IMG/VR virus record: IMGVR_UViG_3300045988_156843
Source: a virus
DNA: 64,000 nucleotides
Strand: one strand, 5' to 3'
In this document: positions 8,359 to 16,071 of the stretch, piece after piece
Position numbering within the stretch: position 1 is the first letter of the stretch
Layout of the letters: each line of letters starts with the position of its first letter
Program-made: the position numbers and the translations under genes
Notes under the pieces: model-generated
What the model saw: only the letters and a program-made list of their open reading frames with translations
Database searches by the model: none
Told to the model about the DNA's origin: nothing

Positions 8359-9744
8359 ATGACAACAGAAAATATTAAATCATTAATAGATAAATATGAA
8401 GATAGAAAATTTTTCGAGAAAGACCCTGTTTCTTTCCTTTGGAAGTATAAAGACAAGCGAGATATTGAAGTCGCAGCGGTCATTTGTTCTACTCTAGCTT
8501 TCGGCAACCGTCAACAAATCTATAAGGCTTGCGAGAAAACGTTGGCTATCATGGGAGAATCACCGTATGAATGGGTCATGTCTCAAAAATATCCGTTATC
8601 ATTTGGTGAAGATAAATGTTGGTATAGAATGCTTACTAATTTTGATTTAGCAAATATCTGCTATTTCTTAAAGCAGATATATACGAATTTCGATTCACTC
8701 GAAGAATGTATTACTCATGCTATGAAAAGTGTAGGGATATTTGGCACATACAACGAAGCGTTAACCAACATATTTTATGGATGTAAAGGAATACCCAAAG
8801 ACAACAAATCCTGCTGTAAACGCCTGTGTTTAATGCTTAGATGGCTTGTTCGCCAAAACAGTCCTGTTGATGTAGGGATATGGAAATCGTTAGATCAGTC
8901 TAAATTATTGATTCCATGTGACGTTCATGTGCTTAATAAAGCTAGAGAGTTAGGCTATATTAAACGTAAGAGTAACGACATGAAAACTTGTATAGAGTTG
9001 ACAAATAAATGTCGAAAAATTGTGCCTAGTGATCCTGCATCTGTAGATTTTGCTTTATTTGGAATGGGATATGAAGAAGCTCATCCAAAAGAATTTGAAG
9101 AGTCAGATCCAAAAATTCCATTGACTCCTCAACAAATTATATTAATAAGCACATATGCAGTATTGTATGTCAATGAATTATGTAATGTTTGCGTTCTCGA
9201 CTTAAATACAATGATGCCTAATCGTGACTCAGAAACAAAGAAGATATATAAGGCAGCATTTAAAAGAGTCCGGGAATATCAGAAAATAGTAAATAAGATA
9301 TCCTCAACATCGGGTAACATATACTCTAATTTTTGTGATCTTTTTGATGTATATGTAATGCCTGTATTAAAAGAATATCAAGAATCAATTGAAGAATATC
9401 TTGATACTCTTCCGGGAGAATTCGGAAATACTTATTTTTTATCTCACGTAGAGGTAGCAAGAAGTATGACGCATTATTCTATATGGGAAACTGCATATAG
9501 AGTCGCAGATTCTTTCAAATATACAAATAATGCTATATCTTTGTCGAAGTATAAGCAGAAAGAGCTTTTCAGCATACTAACTAATTTAACAAAATGGTGT
9601 TTTAGAAAAGCACCGGACATTGATTATAATTATCAACCCAAAATAGTAGCAGCATATGAAAAGCTAGACTCTATACTAACCAACCCTGAGATTATTTCAA
9701 AATGTATAATTAAAGCTCAAGAATTAGAAGATGGAATTGAATGA
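8359..9744 (+). CDS. TIGR02757/DUF2400-family (HhH-GPD glycosylase superfamily) protein with ~215-aa C-terminal extension
   Basis: The N-terminal ~245 aa resemble TIGR02757 proteins as I recall them (DPVSFLWKY...DIEVAAVICSTLAFGNRQQI...PYEWVM...CKRLCLMLRWLVR...IPCDVHV). The rest has no recognisable motif. Confidence 0.65.
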   Translation: MTTENIKSLIDKYEDRKFFEKDPVSFLWKYKDKRDIEVAAVICSTLAFGNRQQIYKACEKTLAIMGESPYEWVMSQKYPLSFGEDKCWYRMLTNFDLANICYFLKQIYTNFDSLEECITHAMKSVGIFGTYNEALTNIFYGCKGIPKDNKSCCKRLCLMLRWLVRQNSPVDVGIWKSLDQSKLLIPCDVHVLNKARELGYIKRKSNDMKTCIELTNKCRKIVPSDPASVDFALFGMGYEEAHPKEFEESDPKIPLTPQQIILISTYAVLYVNELCNVCVLDLNTMMPNRDSETKKIYKAAFKRVREYQKIVNKISSTSGNIYSNFCDLFDVYVMPVLKEYQESIEEYLDTLPGEFGNTYFLSHVEVARSMTHYSIWETAYRVADSFKYTNNAISLSKYKQKELFSILTNLTKWCFRKAPDIDYNYQPKIVAAYEKLDSILTNPEIISKCIIKAQELEDGIE

Positions 9745-10057
9745 ATATCAATTAAAAGCATTAGAAACAGCGAATTATCCACAAGAGTATAAGATTGTTT
9801 ATCCCACTTTAGGATTAACTGGAGAAGCAGGAGAAGTTTCGGATAAAGTAAAAAAAGTTATTCGTGACAACAATCATGAATTCTCAGATGACAGAAAAAG
9901 AGAAATCGCAAAAGAAATTGGAGATGTACTTTGGTATTGCGCTACCTTATCACATGATTTAGGTTACACTTTAGATGAGATAGCTGAAATGAATTATAGC
10001 AAACTCAAATCTCGTAAGGAAAGGAATATGATAAATGGCAATGGTGACAATAGATAA
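9731..10057 (+). CDS. mazG: MazG-like nucleoside triphosphate pyrophosphohydrolase
   Basis: 108 aa with the LTGEAGEVSDKVKK...EIGDVLWY pattern (EExxE/D metal site plus a helical pair) typical of the small MazG/YpjD family. Confidence 0.8.
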   Translation: MELNEYQLKALETANYPQEYKIVYPTLGLTGEAGEVSDKVKKVIRDNNHEFSDDRKREIAKEIGDVLWYCATLSHDLGYTLDEIAEMNYSKLKSRKERNMINGNGDNR

Positions 10058-10059
10058 TC

Positions 10060-10281
10060 ATGAGTAATACTGGACATAAATGGATATATCGTAAAACAAT
10101 GTCTCGTCTTAAAGAACCAATAAGATATAAAGTCCGTGTATACCATAAAGGTAAAAGTATTGATGTCGGCATGTTTAGAACATTAGAAGATGCTCTGAAA
10201 AGACGTAATCAATATATCAAAGATAATAATATAAGCGAACTTGCATTGAAGAAATATAATAGGCACTTAGATACAACTTAA
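10060..10281 (+). CDS. AP2-like DNA-binding protein
   Basis: 73 aa. YKVRVYHKGKSIDVGMFRTLEDALKRRNQY fits the AP2 beta-sheet plus helix pattern. Confidence 0.45.
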   Translation: MSNTGHKWIYRKTMSRLKEPIRYKVRVYHKGKSIDVGMFRTLEDALKRRNQYIKDNNISELALKKYNRHLDTT

Positions 10282-10304
10282 CACATAATTGACTATCTTT
10301 GCGT

Positions 10305-11483
10305 ATGCAGCGAGTAGAACGATATATTATCATTGGAGACAGTCGTTTGGATAATCTTTGCTTCTTATCCAAGAACTTGTATAACTACGTGAATTATCTG
10401 ATACGTCAGGAGTTTACGCAGAATGGGAAGATGTTGTCTGAATATGAAGTTACTACAAGGCTTGCTAAAGAAAAACAGGCTGACTATATCGTTCTACCGT
10501 CACAGACAAGTCAACAGATAGTTAAGTTGCTATTCAAGAACTGGAAGTCGTTCTTCAAGCTGTGCAAGTGCAAGGACAAGTTGAAAGGAAAACCGAAACT
10601 TCCAAAGTACAAGCATAAGACGAAAGGACGGAACATAGTCGTATTCACCTCGCAACAATGCAAGTTGAAGGACGGATACATCCACTTCCCGAAGAAAGCA
10701 AACATACAACCGTTAAGAACAAGGGTGACTAACTTGTGCCAAGTGAGGATTATACCTCAATGTAGTTGCCACATAATAGAAGTAGTATATGAAAAAGAAT
10801 GTATTAAAACCATCGGACTAGAGCCGGATTCTTATTTGAGTATTGATTTAGGATTGAATAATCTTGTAACTTCATGCGATTCACTCAATCACAAGAGTTT
10901 TATCGTAAATGGCAGACCGTTGAAATCCATTAACCAATACTTTAACAAGAAAAGAGCATTACTCATGAGCTATATAGGGAACAGAGGTACGAGTAATAGA
11001 ATAGGTAAGCTGACATTTAAGAGAAATTGTAAAGTAAATGACTATATGCATAAAGCATCACGTTTTATTGTAAACTATTGTATAGAACATCATATCGGTA
11101 CTATTGTAATAGGAAACAATAAAGACTGGAAGCAAAACTGCAATATGGGAAAGAGAAACAATCAGAACTTTGTAAGCATACCATTTGAAAAGCTTATATC
11201 CATGATACAGTATAAATCCGAAGAAGTGGGAATAAGAGTAGTCATAACAGAAGAGAGCTATACTTCTAAAGTTGACCACTATGCCGGAGAAGAGATGTGT
11301 CACCATGATAGTTACTTGGGTAAACGAATAAAAAGAGGTCTATACCGTAGCAGTACAGGGAAAATTCTGAATGCTGACCTTAACGGAGCGATAGGAATTT
11401 TAAGAAAAGTATCTCACGAAAGCTATATGCAAGTAGTGAGTAGAGGTGGAGTGGAGACACCATCGAGAATACACCTAGTGTAG
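10305..11483 (+). CDS. tnpB: TnpB RNA-guided endonuclease (IS200/IS605 OrfB family)
   Basis: RuvC triad in context: SIDLGLNN (D at 10845-10847), ITEESYTSK, NADLNGAIGILRK. The usual CxxC..CxxC zinc ribbon is replaced by ...HYAGEEMCHHDSYLGKRIKRGLYRSSTGKILNADLNGA, as in a known TnpB subgroup. The ORF-track start at 10299 is TTG; the first ATG is at 10305. Confidence 0.8.
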   Translation: MQRVERYIIIGDSRLDNLCFLSKNLYNYVNYLIRQEFTQNGKMLSEYEVTTRLAKEKQADYIVLPSQTSQQIVKLLFKNWKSFFKLCKCKDKLKGKPKLPKYKHKTKGRNIVVFTSQQCKLKDGYIHFPKKANIQPLRTRVTNLCQVRIIPQCSCHIIEVVYEKECIKTIGLEPDSYLSIDLGLNNLVTSCDSLNHKSFIVNGRPLKSINQYFNKKRALLMSYIGNRGTSNRIGKLTFKRNCKVNDYMHKASRFIVNYCIEHHIGTIVIGNNKDWKQNCNMGKRNNQNFVSIPFEKLISMIQYKSEEVGIRVVITEESYTSKVDHYAGEEMCHHDSYLGKRIKRGLYRSSTGKILNADLNGAIGILRKVSHESYMQVVSRGGVETPSRIHLV

Positions 11484-11531
11484 ACTCGTAAATAAATACC
11501 ATAATACACGTAACGAAAATAAAGATTTAAC
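11350..11531 (+). ncRNA. expected omega-RNA (reRNA) region of tnpB
   Basis: Placed by analogy only. TnpB guide RNAs derive from the 3' end of tnpB plus the right end of the element. I could not define the scaffold or the guide boundary. Confidence 0.3.
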
Positions 11532-11933
11532 ATGGGAAAGTATTTTACAATCGAAGAATTATGTCGGTCAAATACAGCCGATGCAAAAGGAATAGACAAT
11601 ACTCCTAATAACGCTCAAAAAGAGAGATTAAAAGATTTAATAGAAAATGTATTAGACCCTTTAAGAGAGGCATACGGAAAACCTATTTACGTCAATAGTG
11701 GATTCAGAAATGATAAGCTAAATAAAGAAGTTGGAGGTGTAGTAACAAGTCAACACAGAAGGGGGGAAGCTGCGGATATTAGTGCAGGATCAATTAAAGA
11801 AAATGAAAAATTATTTAATTTAATTCAGGAATTAAATCTCCCCTTCGACCAATTAATCAATGAATCAAATTTTAGTTGGGTACACGTTTCCTATTCACAG
11901 GAAAGACAAAGGAAACAGATATTAAAACTTTGA
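11532..11933 (+). CDS. peptidase M15 (VanY/D-Ala-D-Ala carboxypeptidase-like) endolysin
   Basis: SGFRNDKLNKEVGGVVTSQHRRGEAADI and a later WVHVS motif give the H/D/H zinc-site pattern of M15 phage lysins. Confidence 0.8.
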   Translation: MGKYFTIEELCRSNTADAKGIDNTPNNAQKERLKDLIENVLDPLREAYGKPIYVNSGFRNDKLNKEVGGVVTSQHRRGEAADISAGSIKENEKLFNLIQELNLPFDQLINESNFSWVHVSYSQERQRKQILKL

Positions 11934-11940
11934 TTATAGA

Positions 11941-11964
11941 TAGGCTACTACGGTAGCCTATTTT
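11941..11964. terminator. bidirectional terminator between convergent genes
   Basis: taggctac-tacg-gtagccta forms a perfect 8-bp stem (11941-11960), followed by tttt. It overlaps the 3' end of the minus-strand ORF. Confidence 0.55.
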
Positions 11965-12133
11965 CTTTTAGTCTTCTAAGATCAATAATTTCATCTAAAA
12001 GTTTAAATCTTAGATCTTCAAATTCGCAATGTGGCAAATCTTTTATCAGATTCTTGATCGCTTGATTAATCTCGTAGTCTTTTCTGATGATTGTTAACTT
12101 GATAGAATCATATTTCACCTTCTTGCATTTCAT
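11948..12133 (-). CDS. hypothetical protein
   Basis: Last ORF of the minus-strand cluster; ATG overlaps the upstream stop. Confidence 0.45.
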   Translation of the reverse strand: MKCKKVKYDSIKLTIIRKDYEINQAIKNLIKDLPHCEFEDLRFKLLDEIIDLRRLKENRLP

Positions 12134-12300
12134 AATTTCTGTTTTTCGTTAGTAAGAATAGCATTTATTTTTTCTTCTGTAAAGCCAAACTGCTTTGCAA
12201 ATTTCATAAAAGACTTCTTTTGCTTTTCGGGAATAAGTGCAAACATAGAGTTGATAGGTTTATCACTCTGTAATGCTTTCTTGAAATCTTTGTTTTTCAT
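12130..12300 (-). CDS. small hypothetical protein (56 aa, below ORF-track cutoff)
   Basis: Hand translation gives MKNKDFKKALQSDKPINSMFALIPEKQKKSFMKFAKQFGFTEEKINAILTNEKQKL*. The TGA overlaps the ATG of the next gene, and the ORF fills a gap. Confidence 0.4.
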   Translation of the reverse strand: MKNKDFKKALQSDKPINSMFALIPEKQKKSFMKFAKQFGFTEEKINAILTNEKQKL

Positions 12301-12304
12301 ATTA

Positions 12305-12718
12305 TCATTTCTTTATTCTACAACAATCACATAAATATTTCTTTGCCGAATTCCAGGTCTTATCTATGATGTAATCACCTAAATATTGTATTTCCTCACC
12401 ATGAGGGCTTATATCATAAGTAAGGCATATATGGTCTGCTAAGTGTCCTGATTCATGAGACCAAGTTTTTTCAAACTCTTTTGCACTGCTCGTTCTACCT
12501 ATAACAATTACACTTTTATGCGCTAAGTGATTAGAAAATGTAAGTCCATTATTATATCCACATGTAGTTAGATTTTTATAAGCTCTTTTGAGTGATTCTT
12601 CCCCACATTCTATATATTCTAATTCTTCCATTACATCTTCAAAATATTTACAAATATAATCGTAAAAGATAGTAACAGTCCAATCGTATTTAGATAAGTA
12701 TATTGTTTTTATTTCCAT
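12305..12718 (-). CDS. minimal HExxH zincin-like protein
   Basis: WSHESGHLADHI is an HExxH motif. Similar in layout to 55545..55937. An alternative ATG at 12736 lies inside the intergenic hairpin, so 12718 is preferred. Confidence 0.45.
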   Translation of the reverse strand: MEIKTIYLSKYDWTVTIFYDYICKYFEDVMEELEYIECGEESLKRAYKNLTTCGYNNGLTFSNHLAHKSVIVIGRTSSAKEFEKTWSHESGHLADHICLTYDISPHGEEIQYLGDYIIDKTWNSAKKYLCDCCRIKK

Positions 12719-12728
12719 AATATTAAAA

Positions 12729-12747
12729 AGGCACATTTTAAGTGCCT
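12729..12747 (-). terminator. intergenic stem-loop
   Basis: aggcac / gtgcct form a 6-bp stem with a 7-nt loop between two minus-strand genes. Confidence 0.3.
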
Positions 12748-12751
12748 AAAC

Positions 12752-13162
12752 TTAAAGCATATCTTCCCAATTAATAGCTACACCCATACCCATCATATCA
12801 GCGAAGAAATGACGAAACGCTTTTTCGGTAGATGGATAGTCTGGATCATCGATATAGTCTTTTACGAATAGTGCTAACATTTGCTCGTTTTGTATAGACG
12901 ATCCCATATAATCTGCCCTAGCCATGTTTACTGCATATACTGCATTATAACCATTGTCTTTTTCCAATGTCACATTATATCTTTTCAACAGTTCGTCTAA
13001 CTTTTCTTTTGTAATAGGTGTGATTTTGCCTTCTTTTGTTTTCATCATAGAGACTGCCCAATCACACATTTTTTTAGAAAAATTAAATCCATAATTTTGT
13101 AGATAAATCCGCATATCTTCTGGGATATTATCATACAAATCAAAACTTGCTCCTTTATACAT
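12752..13162 (-). CDS. hypothetical protein
   Basis: 136-aa ORF in the minus-strand cluster; no motif recognised. Confidence 0.5.
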   Translation of the reverse strand: MYKGASFDLYDNIPEDMRIYLQNYGFNFSKKMCDWAVSMMKTKEGKITPITKEKLDELLKRYNVTLEKDNGYNAVYAVNMARADYMGSSIQNEQMLALFVKDYIDDPDYPSTEKAFRHFFADMMGMGVAINWEDML

Positions 13163-13176
13163 AATTAAAAAGTTTG

Positions 13177-13203
13177 TAGGGCACTATAATTTTTAGTGCC
13201 CTA
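13177..13203 (-). terminator. intergenic stem-loop
   Basis: tagggcact / agtgcccta form a perfect 9-bp stem. On the minus strand it is followed by caaacttttt. Confidence 0.4.
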
Positions 13204-13210
13204 ATTAATA

Positions 13211-13486
13211 CTAGCGTCTGCGTGAACGTGAGCGTCTGCCCCGCCTTTCGCCCATCATCTCTTCATCTTCGTATTCGTCATAACGGTTGCCATAAGAACC
13301 GCTACCACCACGACTTCCACCACCATAGGAGCCACCACCTTGTCCGCCACGTTCTCCCATTGATTCCATTTCGTCCCAAAGGGTTTCAAAATCTTCTTTT
13401 AGGCATTCAAGACTTTCTTTGAAGTCTTTAAAGGCTTTTCCTAATCCACCTTTTCTTTCGCCTTCCATTATTTCAATCATTCCCAT
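13211..13486 (-). CDS. Gly-rich protein with acidic core and Arg-rich tail
   Basis: 91 aa containing GERGGQGGGSYGGGSRGGSGSYG, then DEYEDEE, then RRGRRSRSRRR. The G+C-rich codons stand out from the background. Confidence 0.5.
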   Translation of the reverse strand: MGMIEIMEGERKGGLGKAFKDFKESLECLKEDFETLWDEMESMGERGGQGGGSYGGGSRGGSGSYGNRYDEYEDEEMMGERRGRRSRSRRR

Positions 13487-13493
13487 AATAATA

Positions 13494-14024
13494 TTATTTA
13501 GAATTTGTTGTTTTAGGTTTATTAGACGTATTCATTTCAATTAAAAGAGATTTTATATCTCCCAATCCATCTTTTACAGATTTTACCTCTTGCTCTAATG
13601 AATTAATCCTGTCTTCTTGTTGCTTCTCTTTCGCAAATTGAGGATTTAGTTCTTTTAAAATACTATCACAAGATTCTATAACAGATTTATGATATGGAAC
13701 GCTTTCCACAATTTGCTTACTAGTTTGCATCATTGCTTCAACTTCCGAAATGATAGCCTCTTTCTTTTCGGAAACAATCACATTTGGATAAGCAAACATT
13801 TCACCATTTGCAGGTAATTTCTGAAAGTCTAAGACCTCTTCACCACATCTAACCTTAATGTCTATAAGCATTTCTGGTTGAGGGCTATAAGGTATTGACG
13901 GATTATAAGTAGGATATTTAGGAACAGGTGAACTTACAGATTCGATCTGTCCTATTTTAACTGTAGGTCTTTCTCCTTTGGAAAGAACATATATAAAACC
14001 ACCTTGTCTACTTGATGAAAACAT
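13494..14024 (-). CDS. hypothetical protein
   Basis: 176-aa ORF with a C-terminal coiled-coil-like segment; no motif recognised. Confidence 0.5.
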   Translation of the reverse strand: MFSSSRQGGFIYVLSKGERPTVKIGQIESVSSPVPKYPTYNPSIPYSPQPEMLIDIKVRCGEEVLDFQKLPANGEMFAYPNVIVSEKKEAIISEVEAMMQTSKQIVESVPYHKSVIESCDSILKELNPQFAKEKQQEDRINSLEQEVKSVKDGLGDIKSLLIEMNTSNKPKTTNSK

Positions 14025-14051
14025 ATAATAAACTTTTTTAATTTGTTTTAC

Positions 14052-14077
14052 ATAGACGGGATTTTACTCCCGTCTAT
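14052..14077 (-). terminator. intergenic stem-loop
   Basis: atagacggga / tcccgtctat form a perfect 10-bp stem with a 6-nt loop. No adjacent U-run on the minus strand. Confidence 0.35.
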
Positions 14078-14081
14078 AAAT

Positions 14082-14570
14082 TTACTTACTTGCTACTGAT
14101 GTAGATGCAGGAGTTGTTCCGCCTGTCTGAAAATTGACAAAACGTATAATCCCCTCTCTTTTATTGATAAAAGCAAAGACCTCTTTTGAGTTTGTTATAT
14201 CAGAACCAATAACATTTGAACTGTTATGATCTATAACATTTACTTTACTTTCACCATTATTGGAAGAAGAACTCCCTACATTTGTACTATTATTGGACGT
14301 TGGAATAGCAATCGTTACAGGCAGTGCTTCACCACCTGTTGGAACTGCTTGATTAACTTGCACAGTCACATAACATTCACAAGGAAGCTGATTATACAGA
14401 CATTTGTCAATCCCATAGTCTACACTCGTCTCTGATAAGGCTACGTTTGTTGTCGGCAACTCAAATATACAGAGTTGTTTCAAACAAGAACGTTGTCTTG
14501 CCGGAATAGCCGGACCGGGACCACCTGTCCACCAGTAAGGATTGAACGGATTTAAAGGATTACCATACAT
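14082..14570 (-). CDS. Cys- and Ser/Asn-rich hypothetical protein
   Basis: The ORF-track start at 14591 is TTG. ATG 14570 is preceded by AAGGAGG at a 7-nt spacing. No motif recognised. Confidence 0.5.
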   Translation of the reverse strand: MYGNPLNPFNPYWWTGGPGPAIPARQRSCLKQLCIFELPTTNVALSETSVDYGIDKCLYNQLPCECYVTVQVNQAVPTGGEALPVTIAIPTSNNSTNVGSSSSNNGESKVNVIDHNSSNVIGSDITNSKEVFAFINKREGIIRFVNFQTGGTTPASTSVASK

Positions 14571-14584
14571 AGATACCTCCTTTC

Positions 14585-15595
14585 TTAGCAACCACAGTTA
14601 TTATAAGGTGTCGCATTTACATTTACAGGCACACTATAATTAACTGGAATCATGCTACCCATCGCAGGAATGTAAGGAATTGTTACCGTTTCCGGTTGAC
14701 GGCATTCAATTTTAGCCAAACGAGAACTCAGATCACTAAGAGCTGCATTTACAGGAGCGATAGTTTGTGCTTGGAATGCCTGAATGTTTCTTGTTTGAGC
14801 ATCGTTAGAAATTTGAGCAAGCAAAGTACTCTTATCTTCACGAAGCTTATCAATTTTATCAAGCAAGTTCTGATTCTGCATAGCATCCAATTTAGACAAG
14901 ATAGCTTGCGTATTAGCAGTTGCTCCATCACGTAAAGCCAAAGTGTTCTGATTTGCAGTGTTAACCAATGTATTGGTCTGATTGCAAATAGACAATTGAT
15001 TTTCATAGCCTTGCGTAGTAATAGCATTCTGCGTCTTGCAACAACAATCTGCAATAGCTTGTGCAATCTGACAGTTTCCTGCTTGAATGCTATTGATAAT
15101 CTGTTGGCTTGACATACCTACTTGATTACCAACTCCTTGAATCTGAGTCATAACGCTGTTAATAGACTGCTGAATCTGTCCAACTGAACAGTTCAAATTG
15201 GTAGCTAATGTATTAATAGCTTGACCATTTCCCTGAATAGCACTCATTAGTAATTCCCTTCCTGCATCATTGTTAATCAAATTTGGAATACCAGCGACAC
15301 CATATCCGCCACCATTTCCACCATCGTTACAACCATTATTACCCCAACCATTACGACCGAAAAGAGGGAAAAGGAAGAATAAGAAGATAATCCATAAGAA
15401 CCATGAGCCATCTCCACCAAATCCATTACCATTACCCTTGCTGTTCAAAGCCATCAACAAGTTAGGGTCAATACCCTTTTGCTGCAAAAGTGGAGCAAGC
15501 ATAGCCATCATACCACTTCCGCTTCCACTCCCTGTTTCGGGAGTATAAACAACTGTCTTTGATTCCATAAAATTACATTTAATATAGCTCGACAT
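14585..15595 (-). CDS. Gly/Asn-rich single-pass membrane protein with Q/N-rich coiled coil and Cys clusters
   Basis: Has GSGSGSG and GNGNGFGGDG flanking a TM segment (WFLWIIFLFFLFPLF). A long Q/N-rich helical region follows, with DCCCK and a C-terminal NNCGC. Confidence 0.5.
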   Translation of the reverse strand: MSSYIKCNFMESKTVVYTPETGSGSGSGMMAMLAPLLQQKGIDPNLLMALNSKGNGNGFGGDGSWFLWIIFLFFLFPLFGRNGWGNNGCNDGGNGGGYGVAGIPNLINNDAGRELLMSAIQGNGQAINTLATNLNCSVGQIQQSINSVMTQIQGVGNQVGMSSQQIINSIQAGNCQIAQAIADCCCKTQNAITTQGYENQLSICNQTNTLVNTANQNTLALRDGATANTQAILSKLDAMQNQNLLDKIDKLREDKSTLLAQISNDAQTRNIQAFQAQTIAPVNAALSDLSSRLAKIECRQPETVTIPYIPAMGSMIPVNYSVPVNVNATPYNNCGC

Positions 15596-15714
15596 TGAAC
15601 TATGCTTAAATGAGCGAATTTTATCCGAATAATACTAGCCAGTTTATTACGGTTGTAACAAATTGAATATCAACGATATTTAAAATATTCTTGAATACAT
15701 TTTGATAATAGTGA

Positions 15715-16071
15715 ATGTTTTCATACATTTGTGAAAACTTTATTTCACTCATGGAGTTAGACGAAAAACAAAGAGAATTAATTGATAATATAGAATATGA
15801 AGTAGCTAAATACTTTGGAGTTACGCAACAAGATATTATCAATAAGCAGACAAGAGAAAGTGTAAGCAATGCTAGATATTTCATCTTTTATATCTTGCAT
15901 TTCAAATTAGGAATGACTCCTAGAGCAATTGCTAGAGAATATTTCTATAATCCTAGATCTGTAAAAATGGGATATGCCAAGATTAAGCATAGACTCAAAT
16001 ACTATGCCTACTACAGTAATATATTAGAAGAGTTAATGGAAAAAATAAAACCGTTTTTGCCCAATCATTAG
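15715..16071 (+). CDS. DnaA domain IV-like helix-turn-helix protein
   Basis: VAKYFGVTQQDIINKQTRESVSNARYFIFYILHFKLGMTPRAIAREYFYNPRSVKMGYAKIK parallels the Bac_DnaA_C pattern (R..v..aR.iamYl....g.s...Ig..f.r.hstV.ha..ki). It is a lone plus-strand gene inside a minus-strand block. Confidence 0.55.
   Translation: MFSYICENFISLMELDEKQRELIDNIEYEVAKYFGVTQQDIINKQTRESVSNARYFIFYILHFKLGMTPRAIAREYFYNPRSVKMGYAKIKHRLKYYAYYSNILEELMEKIKPFLPNH

Larger units (their letters stand above)
10282..11531 (+). mobile_element. IS200/IS605-family tnpB-only element (ends not mapped)
   Basis: A solo tnpB fills the gap between the AP2-like gene and the endolysin. It leaves only 17-23 nt upstream and 48 nt downstream, and its G+C is visibly above the phage background. 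No tnpA. LE/RE hairpins not confidently identified. Confidence 0.5.
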
